From an uncultured Candidatus Rokubacteria bacterium (GTDB lineage Bacteria > Methylomirabilota > Methylomirabilia > Rokubacteriales > CSP1-6): a stretch of DNA of 64,000 nt. Made by a program: the position numbers and the translations under genes. The notes below the pieces were generated by a model that was given only the letters and a program-made list of their open reading frames with translations, searched no databases and had not been told where the DNA came from. Below are positions 61,539 to 64,000 of this stretch, in pieces. Every line of letters begins with the position of its first letter. The first letter of the stretch is position 1. Location of the stretch: the NCBI GenBank assembly GCA_963754315.1, contig CAVWFS010000019.1, forward strand, positions 384,001-448,000. Reading direction: 5' to 3'.

Positions 61539-62858
61539 CTAGGGCTTGTTGGCGGCCGCGAACTCCTTGAGGATATCGTTGCCCTTGGCCACGGCCGCCT
61601 CCAGCCCTTCCTTCGCCGTTTTCTTGCCGCCGAAGATGTTCTCGAGCTCCGCCTCGATGGCTTCCCGGATCTGGACGAAGTTGCCAAGGCGGATGCCCTG
61701 ACTGATGGGCGTGGGCTTGGCATTGAGCAGCGCGCTCATGGCGGTCCACTGGTCGGGGTTCTTCTTGAAGAAGTGGCCCTCCTCGAGGTTCTTGGTGGCC
61801 GCGCGCGTGATGGGCACGTAGCCGGTGGTGACCGCCCACCACATCTGCTGGTGCGGTTCGGCGATGAACTTCATGAAGCGGGCGACGCCCTTGTAGTCGG
61901 GGCCCTTCTGGCCTCGCATCACCCACAGGGTCCCCCCACCGACGATGGTGTTCTGCTTCTTGTAGGGAGGCCCCCAGTGGGGAAGCTGCCCGGTGCCCCA
62001 TTCGAACTTCACCGACTTCTTGAACCCCCCAATGACGGCCGAGGACTGGATGAGCATGGCGCAATCACCGTTGATGAACTTGGGATCGGGCTGCCCCATG
62101 CGGCCGCCGTATGAATAGACATTTTCCTTCTGCCACTTGGCGAGGGTGCCGATGTGCATGAGGCCAAACTCGCCATTGATGAGCAGCTTGGTGTCAAGAC
62201 CGGTGTAGCCGTTCTGATTGGTCGCGAACGCTTGATTGTGCCAGGGAAAGGTGTTCTCCAGCATCGTCCACGAGGGCCACGAGGTGGTGAAGCCGCACTT
62301 GGCGGCGCCGGCGGCCAGAACCTTCCGGGAGGCGGCCTCGACCTCCTTCCAGGTGGCGGGCGGCTTGTCGGGCAGACCCGCTTTCTTGAAGGCCTCCTTG
62401 TTGTAATACAGGATCGGGCTCGACGAGTTGAACGGCATGGAGTAGAGCTGCCCGTCCTTGGAGTAGTAGCCGACCACGGGACCGATGAAATCGTCCCAGT
62501 TGATGGCGACCTCCTGCTCCTTGAGCAACGTGTGGATCGGGTAGATCGCTCCCGACAGCAGCATGGTCTGGGTCCCCACGTCGAACACCTGGACGATGTG
62601 TGGGGGATTCTTCTGCCGATAGGCGGCGATGGCCGAGGTCAGTACTTCGGGATACGTCCCCTTCTGGAGAGCCTTGACCTCGAAGTCCGGCTGGCTCTGG
62701 TTGAACTGCTTCACCAGCTCGTTGACGGCCTCACCCAGTTGCCCCCCCATGGCATGCCAGAAATGGATTTCCGTCCGGGCCCAGGCGTATGCGGGCAAGA
62801 GCACAACGAGAGCAGCCACGACGAGGGCGTTGGCACCGCGCGTGATGACCCTGTGCAT
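61539..62858 (-). CDS. ugpB: sn-glycerol-3-phosphate-binding protein UgpB
   Basis: FWHAMGG.LG, PPHIVQVFDVGT.TM, SMPFNSSSPILYYNK, TGYVPIT, GIRLGN. Confidence 0.92.
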   Translation of the reverse strand: MHRVITRGANALVVAALVVLLPAYAWARTEIHFWHAMGGQLGEAVNELVKQFNQSQPDFEVKALQKGTYPEVLTSAIAAYRQKNPPHIVQVFDVGTQTMLLSGAIYPIHTLLKEQEVAINWDDFIGPVVGYYSKDGQLYSMPFNSSSPILYYNKEAFKKAGLPDKPPATWKEVEAASRKVLAAGAAKCGFTTSWPSWTMLENTFPWHNQAFATNQNGYTGLDTKLLINGEFGLMHIGTLAKWQKENVYSYGGRMGQPDPKFINGDCAMLIQSSAVIGGFKKSVKFEWGTGQLPHWGPPYKKQNTIVGGGTLWVMRGQKGPDYKGVARFMKFIAEPHQQMWWAVTTGYVPITRAATKNLEEGHFFKKNPDQWTAMSALLNAKPTPISQGIRLGNFVQIREAIEAELENIFGGKKTAKEGLEAAVAKGNDILKEFAAANKP

Positions 62859-62927
62859 GGGTCCCTCCTGATCTGAACTTCCGCGAACCGAGGCGATAGG
62901 AAGCCGCGAACCTCGACGACGGCGCCG

Positions 62928-62938
62928 ACTATAACACA
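62928..62938 (-). promoter_or_regulatory. Extended -10 promoter candidate for ugpB
   Basis: TGTGTTATAGT about 70 nt upstream of the start. Confidence 0.5.
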
Positions 62939-62982
62939 GGCCACGCGCAGCCTGGCGTGACGGGCGGGAACGACGGAGACCC

Positions 62983-64000
62983 TTACGTCTTGAAGCGGTG
63001 CGAGCGGGCGACGTACGCCCGGTACGCCTCCAACTCAGCGTCCAGCCGTCGAGACGACCAACCTAGCAGGTCACGCATCCGCTGGCCGATGGGTTCGGCA
63101 CAATCGAGCCCCTGACAGGAACTGGTCCCGATGCCGGTACGCCGAAGCAGAAAATCTTGCAGCGACACCGCCCTCTCATCCTGCACGGCCAGGTGAAGCT
63201 GGGCGACGATATCCGCGTTCTGGGGACATAGCCGCTCGGCGCCATCGGGGACCTTGCCGGCCAAGGTCACCACGGACGGGTAGGCCCGCCCGTAGATCTG
63301 CACGAGCGTCTCGAGCGTGGCCGGAGGACAGTCCTGTCGTCGCCGCCTCCGTTGATACGTCGAGCCACGTGTGCGCCTCGACGGTGGCCACCTCTTCATC
63401 GGCGCCGTCCAGGCTGTAGCGCGCCGTCCGGCTCGGCCCTCCCCGTCCGAGCGTCCTGATCACCCGATCCCCGACCTCCTCGGCGAGGCTACGGAAGCAG
63501 GTGAGCTTGGTGCCGGTGATGGAGAGGAAGCGCCCATCCTCCTCGTCTACCACCTTGTGCTCGCGCGAGACGTTGGAAGCGCGCCGGCCTTCCTCGAAGC
63601 TCAACGGCCGCACACCCGCATAGGTATACGCGACGTGATCCGGATTCACCCGTGGATCGGGCAGGACTCGCCGCACTTCGTCCAGCAGGTAGTCCACCTC
63701 GGCTCGGGTCGCGTGCACGCGGTCGAGATCACCGTCGAAGTCCGTGTCGGTGGTTCCGACCAGTGAAAACTCGCGCCACGGGATGACGAAGACCATGCGG
63801 TCATCGGCGGTGCTGTGGTAGAGCGCGCGGGTGGTCAGCCGGGGCAGCAGGCAATGAATCCCCTTGGTGCGTCGGACAATGCGCGGCCCTCGTTCGAGGA
63901 CCCCCGCCTGTTCCCGGAACTGATCCACCCAGGGGCCGGTCGCATTCACGAGCAGGCGCGCTCGGAGCGTCGCCACCTGACTCGTGAGGAGATCACGGAC
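62983..64000 (-). CDS. glpD: FAD-dependent glycerol-3-phosphate dehydrogenase, 3' part, with an apparent 1-bp insertion at about 63327
   Basis: VNATGPWVD, VGTTD, YAGVRPL, SREH, ITGTKLT; C-terminal DFLLRRT continues in another frame. Confidence 0.88.

Noticed and set aside
62940..62955. GCCACGCGCAGCCTGG resembling the core of the ispD/rpoC element
   Set aside because: Short, gapped, GC-rich match in the opposite orientation with no flanking similarity; likely chance

Overview
High-GC (roughly 65-70% by eye) bacterial core-genome window in which every recognisable gene lies on the minus strand. In transcription order (64000 to 1): glpD (partial), ugpB-ugpA-ugpE, two glycerophosphodiester phosphodiesterases, an AfuABC/FbpABC-like ABC transporter, a split Fo ATP synthase block (atpZ-atpI-atpB-atpE), rex-mfd-surA-like, rho, rpmE, prfA-prmC-murA-hisGDBHAF(IE), a lipoprotein, mlaEFD, radA-ispD-ispF-cysS-rlmB, tRNAs Thr/Tyr/Gly/Thr, tuf-rpmG-tRNA-Trp-secE-nusG-rplKAJL-rpoBC, then rpsL-rpsG-fusA-tuf-S10-spc to the 5' end of secY. 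GC content and protein style are compatible with Methylomirabilota/Rokubacteria, but this is an unverified impression. No transposase, prophage or CRISPR array is visible. The unusual signals are intergenic or at gene junctions. (1) Five identical 65-bp tandem units between ispD and ispF form a chain of four ATGA-coupled 22-codon mini-ORFs, and a diverged single copy of the element sits between rpoB and rpoC. (2) A modular GC-rich palindromic (REP/BIME-like) repeat system occurs at five loci, three of them immediately upstream of ribosome-binding sites. (3) Two genes may start at CTG codons overlapping the upstream TGA. Four single-base insertions (tuf, fusA, prmC, glpD) are most likely sequencing errors.
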